The position numbers and the translations under genes are program-made. Positions 51,801 to 64,000 of a stretch of DNA of 64,000 nucleotides are shown in pieces. The notes beneath the pieces are model-generated. The model did not search any database and was not told where the DNA came from. It saw only the letters and a list, made by a program, of their open reading frames with translations. The stretch spans positions 6,324,001 to 6,388,000 of the forward strand of contig OZ176056.1 in the NCBI GenBank assembly GCA_964247055.1, written 5' to 3'. Position 1 is the first letter of the stretch, and each line of letters opens with the position of its first letter. This DNA comes from Paragordius varius (taxonomy: Eukaryota > Animalia > Nematomorpha).

Positions 51801-51999
51801 AATTTTTATTTTCTACCGATTTGATTGAAGAAGTCAGCGATAAATGAGAATTGAGGTATTGAGTATTCAATCCATAATAATATATATTTAACCATATTTT
51901 TTTTGTTGTATCATAATAAAATTGATGGTAAAAAAATTGGTATTCAAACACATAAAGCATAACAATTATAATTAATAAGAATATAAAATTTATCTGCAT
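30801..51999 (-). CDS. DUF229-family type II membrane protein (alkaline phosphatase/sulfatase superfamily-like), ~664 aa: first exon 51999-50706, exon 2 34240-34046, exon 3 31306-30801
   Basis: N-terminal TM anchor; family motifs NILIIGIDSISS, GLNTLPNL, YTHD, ILFGDHGPRFG, then NNPFLVISPP..HPQYFANLKENQ..DVHATL in exon 2 and LSLM..ARTC..IPNYYC in exon 3. Both introns are phase 1 (AAT G|GTAAAC to CCAG|GT; CGA G|GTTAAG to TTTAG|AA). Splicing from the distal first exon is inferred. Confidence 0.8.
31466..32291. mobile_element. M2 MITE with a nested element of a third family (~31614-32165; ends TTCGATTCAAATTGGGGTA / TACCCCAATTTGAATCGAA)
   Basis: Outer ATACGGACAAAACG...CGTTTTGTCCGTATAAT; inner ~20-bp inverted termini; a related terminus occurs at ~7885-7910. 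Confidence 0.7.
35720..36150 (-). mobile_element. Old 3' fragment of the RTE family (duplicated at ~44445-44790)
   Basis: The reverse complement aligns with RTE positions ~5445-5900 (TPDIWKRIG, LLFCSPGHHV, GQWKRGR), with many stops and indels. Confidence 0.8.
35815..40695. repeat. Segmental duplication block A (paralogue of block B at 44445-53144)
   Basis: Colinear similarity to block B across the RTE fragment, a GAGGCGTAGC-ended MITE (~36405-36645), intron sequence, DUF229 exon 1 and upstream DNA ending in an M1 terminus. Confidence 0.9.
38387..39660 (-). pseudogene. Proximal copy of DUF229 exon 1 with a +1 frameshift
   Basis: Split into ORFs 39660-39028 and 39173-38376. GAACCTATTTGCG versus GAACCATTTGCG in the distal copy gives an extra base at ~39112. 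Its own ATG, TM anchor and GTAAAC donor (38386) are retained. Confidence 0.8.
40697..43894 (-). mobile_element. RTE retrotransposon copy 2 (full length, multiply frameshifted)
   Basis: (CAAC)n tail at 40697-40709; EN and RT fragments in many minus-strand ORFs (43130-40941); shares the 5' leader of copy 1 up to 43894; lacks the ATG-containing segment of copy 1; no TSD found. Confidence 0.92.
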
Positions 52000-53144
52000 A
52001 TGAAAATTATTTATTGAAAAAAAAAGTTTCTTAAAAAATATTTATTATAAAAACAAGAAACTTCCCAATGTAAAATTTGGGATGTAACGCAATATACATA
52101 TTTGCTTAACTTTTCATTATTAAAATATTTGTAAATAAACAATGTAATACAAACAGGTATATTCAATTGTTAACTAATTTATAAAATATTTTGCTTGTTT
52201 CGTAAAATAAAAATAATTTTTGTACGGCTAAAAGTATTATATTTAAAAATAAAAATAATATGTGCATATGTTAGCACATTAATAGTGGGGTGAAAATATA
52301 TTAAGTATAATTGTTTATATAAACAATTACAAATTATAATACAAATTTTATAGATGAGAAAATATTTTAATAGAAGGTTGTAAACTAGTATTCCCAACCA
52401 ATTTTTTGATTAACCCGCCTCGATTTTAAAAAAGGCATCAACTCTGGTTTTACCGAATCTCCCAATTACATATTTTACAAAAGGGATTTTAACAAAATAT
52501 TTTTGGTCTTTGCAAATAATGTGGTTAATTAAAGCCTTTCAGAGCTAAGAGGACGAAGACATATTTGGATAAACGAAATCTTATCACTTTCCAAAATGTC
52601 ACTGCAAAAACTATAAAAGCCTACGACAAAACCAAGTAGGGAAAATTTTCCAATAAAATCGCTAATGATCAATTATTATCGACTACAAGCTCAACAACAA
52701 CACTGATCAACACATAGACGCGTCAATGAAAATTTTGAAAAATTTTAGTAATTATACAAATAAATTTTTCTTTCATAGTTAAGGTCGCACATGAAAAAAT
52801 ATTATATAGATCTGTGAATAGTATATTTTTGTGAAATATTGTTATATTTTTACTTGCTATTGTTTGAAAAAATCAACGATTTTAATGGATAATGGTTAAC
52901 TTTTAAATTCAATACATCCCATTTACATCCCCTATAAAATTGTGTGTTTTTATGTTAATATGACTCATTTAGTTCACATCTTTCGGTTTTATGTTTTGAA
53001 ACAAAATTTCATTTTTTTATTAAAAAAATAGAAGTATTTTGTTATTCAAAAACAGATAAATACTTTTCTGGGTGAATTTTAAAGTTCAGGGGTAATTTGA
53101 TGTTTGAGGGTTAATTTGGTTTAAGGTTAAATATAAGGTGTAAA
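44445..53144. repeat. Segmental duplication block B (contains the Helitron insertion and intact DUF229 exon 1)
   Basis: Begins abruptly at CATACTGTATTTCTCTAAACG, inside the RTE fragment, and follows block A colinearly apart from the insertion at 45815-49500. Confidence 0.9.
45815..49500 (+). mobile_element. Non-autonomous Helitron (3686 bp) with an internal ~500-514-bp tandem array (about 7 units)
   Basis: 5' TCTATATATTTATAAAA; 3' hairpin CTCGTGCTG-CATAT-CAGCACGAG followed by ATTTACGCTAG; inserted between A and T with no TSD. The empty site GGTCATAA|TAATAATAT is present at 37180/37181 in block A. The ORF track shows the 514-bp period (identical ORFs at 48114 and 48628). Confidence 0.92.
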
Positions 53145-54468
53145 TGGTAGATCATATAATATAATCCACAGATTTGCCTCGACGTATGATTTTTTGCCCG
53201 TTCAAAACATAGAAACTATTAAATATATCTAAGACTCATTTACTAAATTAGTATTTTATTTAGTAATCAGAAAATTTATTTATAACAGGATTTTTTTGCT
53301 TAAATTTTAAAAGATATTCTGTATGCGATGACATTTTGGGGTAATTTTCTACCACAGAGCTTAAACAAACTACCGTTATTTAAAAGTAATTATTAAACCC
53401 TCTTTTCATGTATTATTTATGAAAACGCATAATCTTTGCGGTTTTTGACTTCCATAGTTTTGAATTGGATAGCTCCAAAATAAATAGAAGCAACAAAAAA
53501 ATATTAATTATTTGCTGCTTAATTGTGACTTGAAAGCTTTCGAGTTAATTATTTATATTTTTACAATAATTATACATTTATTTGCCTATTGTATCTATTA
53601 AAAAAGGGGCTAAAAAGTTTGAAATGAGAATTTTGCACAATTTATCTTTTTTTGAAAACTATTAAAATGGTCATGAAAGCATATGTTTAGATTTGGTCCA
53701 TAACTAAAAATATTTTTTAGGAAATTTTAAATAGCCCTGGGGTATAAAAATACCCCCATATAAAGACAATTTATTAATATGAGTAAACTTAGAAAAGTAA
53801 AAAAATAATTAGCCGCGGTTCTAGTACTCAAACACCGGGGCCCACGGGTCGCATGCAACCTAAAAGTGCTTTTTATGGCCCTGAATTATTTATTAACTGT
53901 TTTTATGCAATTATTATAAGTAAAAATATCTGCAAATGTGTCAAACAGCTATGAAATTTGTATCGATATTAATGGTGCACGGCCCTTAAATTTATTTGGT
54001 GAATACAATTGTTCCAAAGTTGGACCAATGATATAACTGGTAAATTTTTATTGTCACCTTTGGATTTTGAGATGTCCGAGTTATCGATACTTTGATTAAA
54101 ATATAGCAATGCAATACCTTGATAACTTTTTTTGATATCATTGGATATGTTTAAATATTTCTATATAGCATAGAGAACATTGATTCATTACTGCTCCTCC
54201 ATTGGTAAAATAAAATTATAATGAGTCATTTATGCTATGTTAATAAGAATCAATTTTTTCGAATAATCGCAAAAGATTGTATCAAAATAAATGAAAACTA
54301 TGTATATATATCACCAAAAATTATCACATTGCTTTGAATATAGAATCTATTTTCTGTAAATGTCATTTACTGTAGTAAAATATGAGACCATCTTTGACAC
54401 ATTTATTAAACTATTTCAGTCATAATAAATTATGAAGTTAGTGTTATTGGTTAAACAACAAAGCCACT

Positions 54469-57175
54469 CTATGTCAATCGTTGGAATCGATCCAAATTGT
54501 AGTAGGAGGTATCTAAATTTCATAAAAACACAATATTATATTACAATGCCAAAAAATCGCAAATAATCAAATTCTTATCATAATACATACCCGTAGTAGA
54601 GCCATTAAATAAATTGTTTCCAGTATTGTAATCATTACTATTGTTATTCAATGAATTTCGTGAAGCAGCAGAGTTATATGCTGGGAAAATGGCATTGGCA
54701 AGCGAATTATTTTTGGGAGCCGGTTTGGAGAAATTTGAAGATGAGTTTCGACTTGTGGCCATACCTCTATTTCGAGTCCCACCCCGGCCTCGATTTCCTC
54801 TTTTTCCAAAAGTACCACCCCCACCCCTTCCCCTAAAAGATCCACTTCTATTCATTAACGATTGATTATCTTGGGATTGAAAAGAGTTTGAATTAGATTT
54901 AGAATTAGCAACAGCGCTATTTATACTATTACTGTTGGCTAAGCTCATAAAATTTTGACATATAAGGTCCATGTGAGAGGCAAAGAAATGATATTTTGCC
55001 GAATATATAGTGATTGCATGTTGAACCATAACCTCAAACATAACTTGACCCGAAGCGATGTGATTTAATTCACGTTCCATGGCAGCACGCATGGTAGGAA
55101 GCACAAGTTCAATATCAATCTAAAAATATGACAACAAAAAAAATAATATTTTTTATCTAAGTGTTTTGGATAGGATATAATATAACCATTTGATTTTAAA
55201 GTATATTAATGATTTCCCAAATAAGAAATATAATTGGCAATAAATGTTAAGGTTGAGAGAGTGACTTTTTAGACATACAAAATAGAAGTTTTGACAATTC
55301 ATCATAGTTAAAAGGCGTGGATTTTTCGTAAATTATATATTAACACCAATCTCAATCTAAAATTTTGTCAAAAAACTATCTAAACTAAAAGAATTTTTTG
55401 GATAAGTTGTAACCTATTTTATTGTTTAGTAAGCTTTTAGTAAAGTATTATTGGCATTAAAGTGAAAAGTATATATAAATATATATTGATAAAATAAGTG
55501 ACTTTTAGGAAAAAAAAATCAAAAAATAACAATTTTTATTTCCCCAATTCACGGTTAAAAAGTGCAATCTTTAATTTAAAAAACTATTTAATGATGACAA
55601 CTTAATAAAAAAAATGTACAATACCGTTTCATAACTCCGTACAAGTGCAATACCAAGCGGTGTTGGAAGTAGATATCTATTGTAATAGAATGGATACATA
55701 CTTATGCAGTGTACTATAATAAGTTAAAACTAGCTTGATTCAGTTTTATAAATCACACAAGACAATAAATTTTTCTGCCACTCGAGTTTTTTGCCTTTTT
55801 CTAATTTTTACTATCATTTTAACACAGTTAATCTAAAAATTATAATTCAACGTAAGAATATGGTATAATATGATTTTTTATGAATATGCGCTTTCTTTAT
55901 CAAAATTTTACTAAAAAATGTTTTTCTTTTAAATTATACAACAAATGTCCAATTGAAAATATCATTCGAAAGAGTAATGAAAACTCTATAAAATGCATAC
56001 TAATATGTTTTACATCAATTGTTAAAATAGCTCAAACTTTGTGTAGATTGTAATGAATGTCTAAAAATAATAAAACAAGAAAGTTTTTTGATTAAAAGAG
56101 TTATTTATTGCTTCTATGCCATTCAAACCAGCCATTTTTAATTTTCGGTTTTTTTTAATCACCATCATATCAATATTAATTATTTTCTTTGGAAGGCTTA
56201 TAATTTCAAAGACTAGAAATGTAGTTTAAAATATTCTTGAACTTTTATAGGCATTATGTAAGAAATTTACAGTCTTTTATAGGCATTATTTAATAATTTT
56301 ACAGTTACTATGCATTTTAGTATCCACTAGGTAAAAAATTATAATAAAAATAATTTTTATTTAAAAAGCAAACCAGAAGCTTTTTTAAAGATGTTTTTTG
56401 AAAATTTCAAGTTTGATGTCAAATCGAAGCCAAAAAATCTTGATAAACCCTAATAAAAAAAAATTTCTTAAGTGTTAAACCAATTTTGTACTGATATACT
56501 ATTTATGTACCTTAATGAGGCACGTGAAAAAAGTGAAAATTTGTTGTGTATTGTTATTAACAAAATTGCATAAACTACAATGGAACTGTTTTATTATGTT
56601 AATCAAATCATAAAAAGTATTAAACTAAAAATCAAAATAAAAAATTATAAAATCCTTAATCGATAATGATGGCAATGTGTTCTTGTTATTGAAGAATGTA
56701 TATGTACAAAATAAATTTATTTAAATTAATCAAAAAAAATAGATTTATTTTATATAAATTAAAGATATTAATATTTTTTCGAATTTGTAGGTTTCTTTAT
56801 ATATATATTAAGAAAAATGCCAAGTCAAAAAGCTATTTCTTACAGTTAAGGATTAATCAATAAAGATACAAATTAATACGAGTTTCATATCCATGAAATT
56901 TAACCACATAATTTATACAAAAAACAAAACATTATAATCAATAAATTATTATACATTAACAAAACTAAAAAAATTATTTGAAAAAAAAAAAGATAAATTG
57001 ACCTAAACCTTGATTTATTGGAAGTGGCGTTTTGAGTTGAACCATCAACTATACCAATATCATAATCAGGATCGGCTTGATTCCCTCTTACTTTTTTATT
57101 AACAGCCGCGCCCACAATTTTAACATAATTCCTTTGTATACATTTTATATAACATAAAAAGGCTTTAGTTTAATG

Positions 57176-57219
<44 letters not shown>

Positions 57220-60200
57220 CAAATCATTCGAAATAAAAAAAATCCATTAAATATATATTATTTAATCGATATAAAAGTTTTTTGAAATAAAATTAAATTA
57301 ATATATTAATAAATTAGAATATTGAGAAAGCATAAAATATTTTGCTTATAAAATATATAAATATTAACAAATCATTTGAAATAAAAAACCCCTACTATTT
57401 TATCGAAAATAAAAGTTTGGAAAAAAGCGAATTTTATGTATTACCATATAAAATTAGAATCTTTCCTTACGTAAACCAATATATATTTTTTAATTATATA
57501 ATCGATAAATTATCAAACCTGGAAATAAAACAATTTTAATACCAATATTACATAATGGATAAATAAAAAAAGAAGATACTGTAAATCTCATCTAAAAAAT
57601 ATCCATCCATTGCAAATTTTGATCAAAAAAAATTTTACCTGTCCAAAATTTTCTTGATATGTACAGGGATTGAGGCATCAGTCCCGATCCCATGCGCCTC
57701 CATAAGCTTTATAAGTTCAGATTCTGTCAGTAAATTTGGTGGCCTAGTGCTTCCATCCGTTATAATCATCTAAATAAAGTAATTAAAGTTTAATCTTTTT
57801 GTGACAAATATTATTAAAATTGTCAAATTTTACAGTAAAAATTGGAATTCTACGGACAAAAAAACCTCCTTAATTTTCTAGATAAATATAACCACATTCG
57901 TAATATAAATTATGTGTAAGAGTTTAACAATCTTATTTTCTTGCAATCCAAAGAAAGTAGTAAATATTAAAAACTCAAAGTTTAATGAATAGGTTATCTT
58001 TTAACAATATCATAACTTTTTATCCTTATAATTATAATTTACTATACCTTAGTTACTGGGTATAATTGACCCTCTTTAAACGTTGTTTCAGAACTGCTAT
58101 TATTATGTGGATTATTGCTTTTACTAGATGATAATCCATTTTCACTCAGTTTCCAAGGCATTAATACCATGTAACCTGGATCACACAATTCCTTATGTTG
58201 AGCGCTAAATATTTCACCTCCAATGTCAAAAGTGGTCACGTGCTCTAAATATTGAGCCGGTGGCATTAGCTGTTATAAAAATATATGTATATAAAACAAA
58301 AACCTATAAGAAAAAGGTACTTTAAGTTTCTGTAAAATATGTTTTAATAAAGGTTTATAACTTAAGTTATATCATTTTATAAGGCAAAATTTTGTGCGTA
58401 TAAAAGAGTTTGATATATATTTTCTCATTCTTAATCTATCTTAGAACATTCGTCCTTGTGATATACAAACAGTATAGACAGCATTTGGTACAACTTACAT
58501 CGTTTTAATAGGAAAAAAAACCAATAACTACCATACCATTTACATTTCAAATTCATTGAACAATTTAAAAACTCACTCTTAAACAAATCAAATACAGCCT
58601 TGAACAATTCGAAATCACCCTTAAACAATAATAATTAACTCTTGAACAATTCGAATTCACCCCCTAACAATTTAAATTTACCCAAAAATGAATTATGTCT
58701 TTTTTAAGATTAAAAATTCCCGATAATATTTTGAAAAATAAAATTTTGTTTAAAATTAAAATAATATACTGAAAAACTCATAAACTAAGCCATAAAGATA
58801 TATATAATATTAATAATGAGTCATATTAACGCATAATTTATTTTTTGTGTGAATTTGAATTGTTCAAGGGGGAATTTAAATTGTAAATGATATAAATTGA
58901 CCTAAACAAAAATACATTTTTCCACCTAAAACAAAACTTACAGTAGCCAAAAAATGGGTATAAATGTAATTGTAAAGTGTATAGCCATCAGCATTGATAC
59001 GATTCCTGGCACCCTCTGCAGAGCTTAATATTTGTGGGGTGGGCGTTATGGGCGGATGGTCACCCACATCTTTTCCAGCAGTTCCACTAGATCGCACATT
59101 CGATTGAGACCACGAGAATTGACCTAAAATACGTATAATATAAAAAATTTAAGATTTGAAGGTTTAAAAAGATTAAATAAGTCAGAAATTGACTGTTACT
59201 CAAGTTTTAGCTATTAACAGTTAAATGCAGTCAAAGACAAATGAATAATTAAGAACAAAACATGTGTAAAAAAAATTTTTGTAAGCCTAATTTTTTTAAA
59301 TATAAGAAATTTTCAGTCAAATTTGAAGGTTTATAAAGATAAATATGTCTAAAAATTAGATTAATAAGCCCTATATAATTTACAGTAAAAAGGGCACATA
59401 TATTTTAAAACTTAATCCATTTAACTGTAAGCCATTTATAAAGACAAAACAAATTTAAAAAAATTATTTGTAACCCAAAATTTTAAAACAAGCAATTTCT
59501 AGTAAAAATATGAAGCTACGATGACAAATATTTTTTTTAAAAAATATTATAAGTATACCATATATTTTTTGAAACATAAGCGATGTACAATCAACATGAA
59601 TAATATAACCAAATATTTTTTGTATAAAAAGCAAACTATATATATATATGAGTTTTTTATTTATTGACTATAACTTATCGTTTTGGGGTCGCCTAACAGG
59701 AATACGCACCACATGTAAAATGATAATGCTCATTTTCATTTCACAATTATACGTTATTCCAAAGAATTCAAGAAAGAATTAAAACAAACATTTAAATTAA
59801 TCATTTATGCACAAACCATTAGGTCCCAATAATCGTTGAATACAATTTGCCATAACATTGTATTCGGTGGCGTTGTTAGTATTGTAAGATGTTTGTTGAA
59901 AAGCTCTTGAACCAGCTTGTAGAATAGATGTGAAATCAAACGTGGCATTATAAGCTGTAGTTTCTGTTCGCGGATATGAAACATACCCTGAGGTATAAAG
60001 CCGTTCAGCAATCTCCATAGTATGGTGAGGACTAAAACCTATTACAAGATAAAAAAAGTAACTTTTTTTCTATGATCATATAAAATATATTTAGAAAAAG
60101 AAACTTTTTTTGTATAAATTTATTTATAAAAATATATTCAGAATAAGCAACTCTTCAAAAAAACCGAAAGCTTTAGTTATAGGTATTGTTTTGAAAAAAA

Positions 60201-63148
60201 AATAGTGCAACTCTTGTTGTGTAAAAGCAAAAAAATTCTTCTATCACTATACAAATTGTGTTTTTGTAATTAAATTTATCCTTTTATTGTTATATATATA
60301 TATATATATTCAAAATTTTCAATTGATAATTGCCTTTAATAAATAAAATGAATTTTATACTTTAACAGAAAAAATATCATTGATTAATTTTACGAAAAAA
60401 ATAAAGTTATAGATCGAGAAAAAAAGGTTAACTATAAATTGTATATATATATATATGTAATTCAAAACTAAAAATTTTAGTATAAATAAATATAAAAATA
60501 TTATTTCACATACCAAAAGCAGAACTAGCAATCCGTAACAACTGAACCGTATTAAGGGGTAATGGCGGATTTAATTGCTTCAAATTAGACCGGATACTTT
60601 TAACTTTGGCCATTGATATGCTGGATAATGTAACATAATAAATATTTTACATTAATTTATTTATTAATTCAATAAATAAGGTTTGGAAACTCTTCTAATG
60701 GGCCGCCGTAAAATAAGTAAAATACAAGACAAAGTTTTTAGAAAAAGCCACATTTTTATGATTAAAAATTTACTATAATCTACCATACTTTTGCATGCTG
60801 AAAAATTTACTATACGGGTGTAATAAAGCTATGAAATAGAGAAACTGAGCTCTGTTTAATACATTATTAAAGATCAAAAATAGGGTAATTTTTGTTTTCT
60901 CAAATATTTTCTCATCACTTTTCACACTTTGTAATTGAATTTTCAACTTTTATAACTGTATTTAAATAATCGTTTGCCAATATAAAAAAATTTGCAATAC
61001 ATAATTCAAGGATAATCAATTTTCCACCTACCCATTATATATGGAGGAGTGTGATATGGCTTGATGAAAAGCTTTTATAGTTTCATGATCAAATATACGC
61101 CCCCGTTCCCAATTAACATTAAGGCTTGTAGAATTATTATCAGTAGTTTTGCGGTAAGCAGACATGGGATTTTGCCAACCAGATGAAACCTAAAAAATAA
61201 AAGTATATTACCAGCAATTGAAAGTAACATTAGCAAAATATTTCAAGTTTACCTAAAAGGACACTCATAAGAAGAATATTACATATTTTTTCCAATAAGT
61301 CAATGCAATCGTTAAATGATAATTTGGTTAGAGTATTTACCAAAAAAACACTCAATAATTAAATAACATAAGTTTTTGTTAAAACTTTACAGTAAATCAG
61401 AGCGTTTTAATCTCACCTTTTTAATTTTAATTAGACAAATCACTAATCTAACGACAAACTTAATCTGAAAAACTAATTAACCACAAAAAGAAGTATATAA
61501 CAGCAAAATTACAGTAGCATATAACATCCAATATGGCTGAGCATTGAAATTCTGTATATAATCTTGACGGGCTACACAAAAGCCAAGGGTAGGGGTTTGA
61601 CATGGACCAAATGACACAACTATATAATTATAAGAAAAACACTATAAAGTTAAAAAATTGTAATTTATCAATAAAAAAGTAATATTTATTGAAAAAAAAA
61701 GATATTTTTATATACTGTGAAAATATCGAGTATAAATGTTGATTAATATAATAAATTCACTCAATTTAGTACAATTATATAATTGATTATATGAAAAAAA
61801 TCAGAGATCAAACATATGGTTTAAATTCCTTCTAATTTTAATTTATACTGTAAATGAATAAAATTTGAATAAAAAATACCCATTTTTTCTTGGGAATTTT
61901 GTTGTTGAGGTAAAATGCGTGCAATGTGCTTAGTTTGGGCTCTTGTGAATGCATAGCCTATCCTTAAATCAAGTTCTTGCCTATAATCACAAAATTTTAA
62001 GAAAAAAAAACATTTTTAAAATTTGAATTTGCCCTAAATAATTTTTTATAATGAGCTTTTCTTCAATAAACAACGCCTATAAATTAATTAAATTTTCGGA
62101 TTTAAGACCTTATCTTAATTTAATTATAATCGTAAAGCATAGCGCTTATATATGAAACGCTCATAATGAGCCAAAAAAAAATAAAAATATATTTTATTAT
62201 TTTTTATAATTTATACATATGTGTAGATTTTAATTAATTATTATACATTTAAAATTTAATATTTTAAGTCAAAAAATCTTTTCAATACATTTTTTAAATA
62301 AAAATCATGATGACCCATGTTTTGCACCCAAAATCAAAGTAGCGCATAAAAATCCAAAAAAAGTTTATAAAATTTTAAAAAACTTACCTGGCATCAACAC
62401 TCCGCGACTCCAAATAATTTGGTTCAATAAGATTAGCAAAAGCATTCAAAATTTCGGGTGGGCTTAAGGAACTAAATTTCGCCCGAAATACTAGGCGTTT
62501 GCTAACATATGAAGCATTAGAATTGTAATAAGTACCGCTATTATTTCTGGAAAAAGTTAGATCAATATTATAAAAGCTATAAAGAAAGAATAGAACTTAA
62601 CTTCAATATTAAAGGTTAATAAACACTTACCTACCGATTAAAATTCGTTTGGTGGTTAGAATCAAAAGCACCTCTGAAATTGGAATATATAATTTTGACG
62701 GATTTATCATTAAAGAATCGTTTGACAATATCCAACACTTCAAAACAAATATTTTCGCCTTCTTTGTCACAATCCAACCATAAAACTAAATAATCAAGAC
62801 CTCGGCCCTCATTTTCTGCAAGAGAACGTAGAAAAGCGGGAACGCGCATTTTAGCCATAGCATCTTTTCGTATGATTGTTGCTCTAAAAAGACACGCCTA
62901 AGACATATAAAATATATTTATACAGGGTCTAAATGCTTGTGATTTGCTTCTTGATCGAAATCAATGCAATAAACGTGACCAAAAACAGATGTCATTTTGA
63001 AAACTACATTTTCGTTCTGGAAATACCCATTCCACACGTAAAGCGATTTACCAGTTAATTTAATTTCTCTGCACTGTCGGTTCGACAAAATTTCGGCTAT
63101 AGTTTTAGCCAAAGACGGTTTTTCTGCAACCATCAAAACTGTCTTCAT
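54469..63148 (-). CDS. TOP3B: DNA topoisomerase III beta, 15 exons, ~874 aa
   Basis: Exons 63148-62924, 62897-62635, 62546-62388, 61980-61880, 61619-61513, 61189-61032, 60620-60514, 60038-59817, 59123-58942, 58269-58048, 57769-57639, 57131-57009, 55676-55625, 55119-54591 and 54512-54469; all GT-AG, phases consistent (2625 nt). Motifs [29 protein letters not shown] (beta-type), [20 protein letters not shown], catalytic [30 protein letters not shown] and an RGG tail. The last small exon is less certain; without it the ORF ends at 54541. Confidence 0.95.
58533..58890. mobile_element. MITE family M1 copy in TOP3B intron 9
   Basis: ATACCATTTACATTTCAAATTCATTGAACAATT ... GTTCAAGGGGGAATTTAAATTGTAAATGATATA. 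Confidence 0.75.
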
Positions 63149-64000
63149 CTCGCATATGACAAATAATTTCCAAACTATGAAACGTTTTTTACTGTTACAA
63201 ATAAAAAATAAAATAAAAAAGTTAATTGCCATCGGTTAACCTAAATTCATTCCCATTAAATGAGTATTACGCTCATGGTTTTATATAACAATATTTTCTT
63301 TACAAAAATAACAAGAAATTAAACAAAACATTGGAAAATTTTAAAGTATAGTACGTTTCAATCAAATTTAGCTAGAAATTGATTTTTTTGAAAAATGTAT
63401 GGCTATATAAAATATTTTTAGTTGATACCAAAATCTTATATTTAATTATTTTATAGCGCAATGTAGGCAATTTTGCGATTTTAAGAAAACCAGCCCATTT
63501 TAAAATTTGCGATTTTTGGAGCATACATCTAAAAATTAAAAAAATTTAAAAATATCCTTTTGCTTTTTATATAATATGATATTGGTGATATATTTGGCAA
63601 TTCACAAAAGTATAAAAATATAAGCAAATGCCATTTTGTGATATGGAGCACTAAACACAAAATGTAATAACTTTCTTATATTACTCGCAAGAGCCAAAAA
63701 CAAAACTACTATGATATTAATTTTTCTATCAGAATCATTTCATCAGAATTTATATGGCCCATCCCCCGATATAGACTGTTATGAAACAATAATATAAACA
63801 TCACGTAAATTTAATTCGTAGTAAAAGTTAAAAAAACAACCAGTCATTTTGACAGCTCAATAACGGATAGCATTTTTTTAAATTTATCTGATATTTTATT
63901 AGAGCCCATTTAAAAAATATTAAGCATAAAATTTCTAAATAAATAGTTTTCGCGGGAAAATAGGGTTAACGGTCCGATTTTAAATAATTTTCATATTTGG

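Noticed and set aside
62673-62698. Possible extra 26-nt intron (GTCAAAATT...TTTCAG) in TOP3B exon 2
   Set aside because: Removing it gives an in-frame TGA, while the unspliced frame joins exon 3 in phase through the GTAGGT donor at 62634.

Overview
This is very AT-rich, intron-containing animal (invertebrate-type) nuclear DNA. I found no rRNA, tRNA, CRISPR or prokaryotic features. I assembled three host genes exon by exon with consistent splice phases: a RAB3IP/Rabin8 (Sec2-domain GEF) gene on + (21997-27922, 13 exons, ~549 aa), a DUF229 (alkaline-phosphatase-superfamily-like) gene on - (30801-51999), and TOP3B on - (54469-63148, 15 exons, ~874 aa). There is also an unidentified Cys-rich gene running off the left edge. 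The rest is dominated by transposons: two long RTE LINE copies, a near-complete Buster-type hAT element, nested hAT derivatives, several MITE families and a 3.7-kb tandem-repeat Helitron whose empty site survives in a local duplication. Main observations: (1) four introns of only 25-26 nt, which are needed to keep the reading frames open, sit at the 5' ends of genes whose other introns are 57-1332 nt; (2) DUF229 has two tandem copies of its large first exon sharing one set of downstream exons, and only the distal copy is intact; (3) TOP3B lacks its whole C-terminal zinc-finger region but keeps an RGG tail; (4) the Helitron has three 5' ends and one 3' end; (5) both RTE copies carry a ~420-bp AT-rich leader upstream of an HDV-ribozyme-like remnant. 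All family assignments come from motif recognition by eye; no database searches were run.
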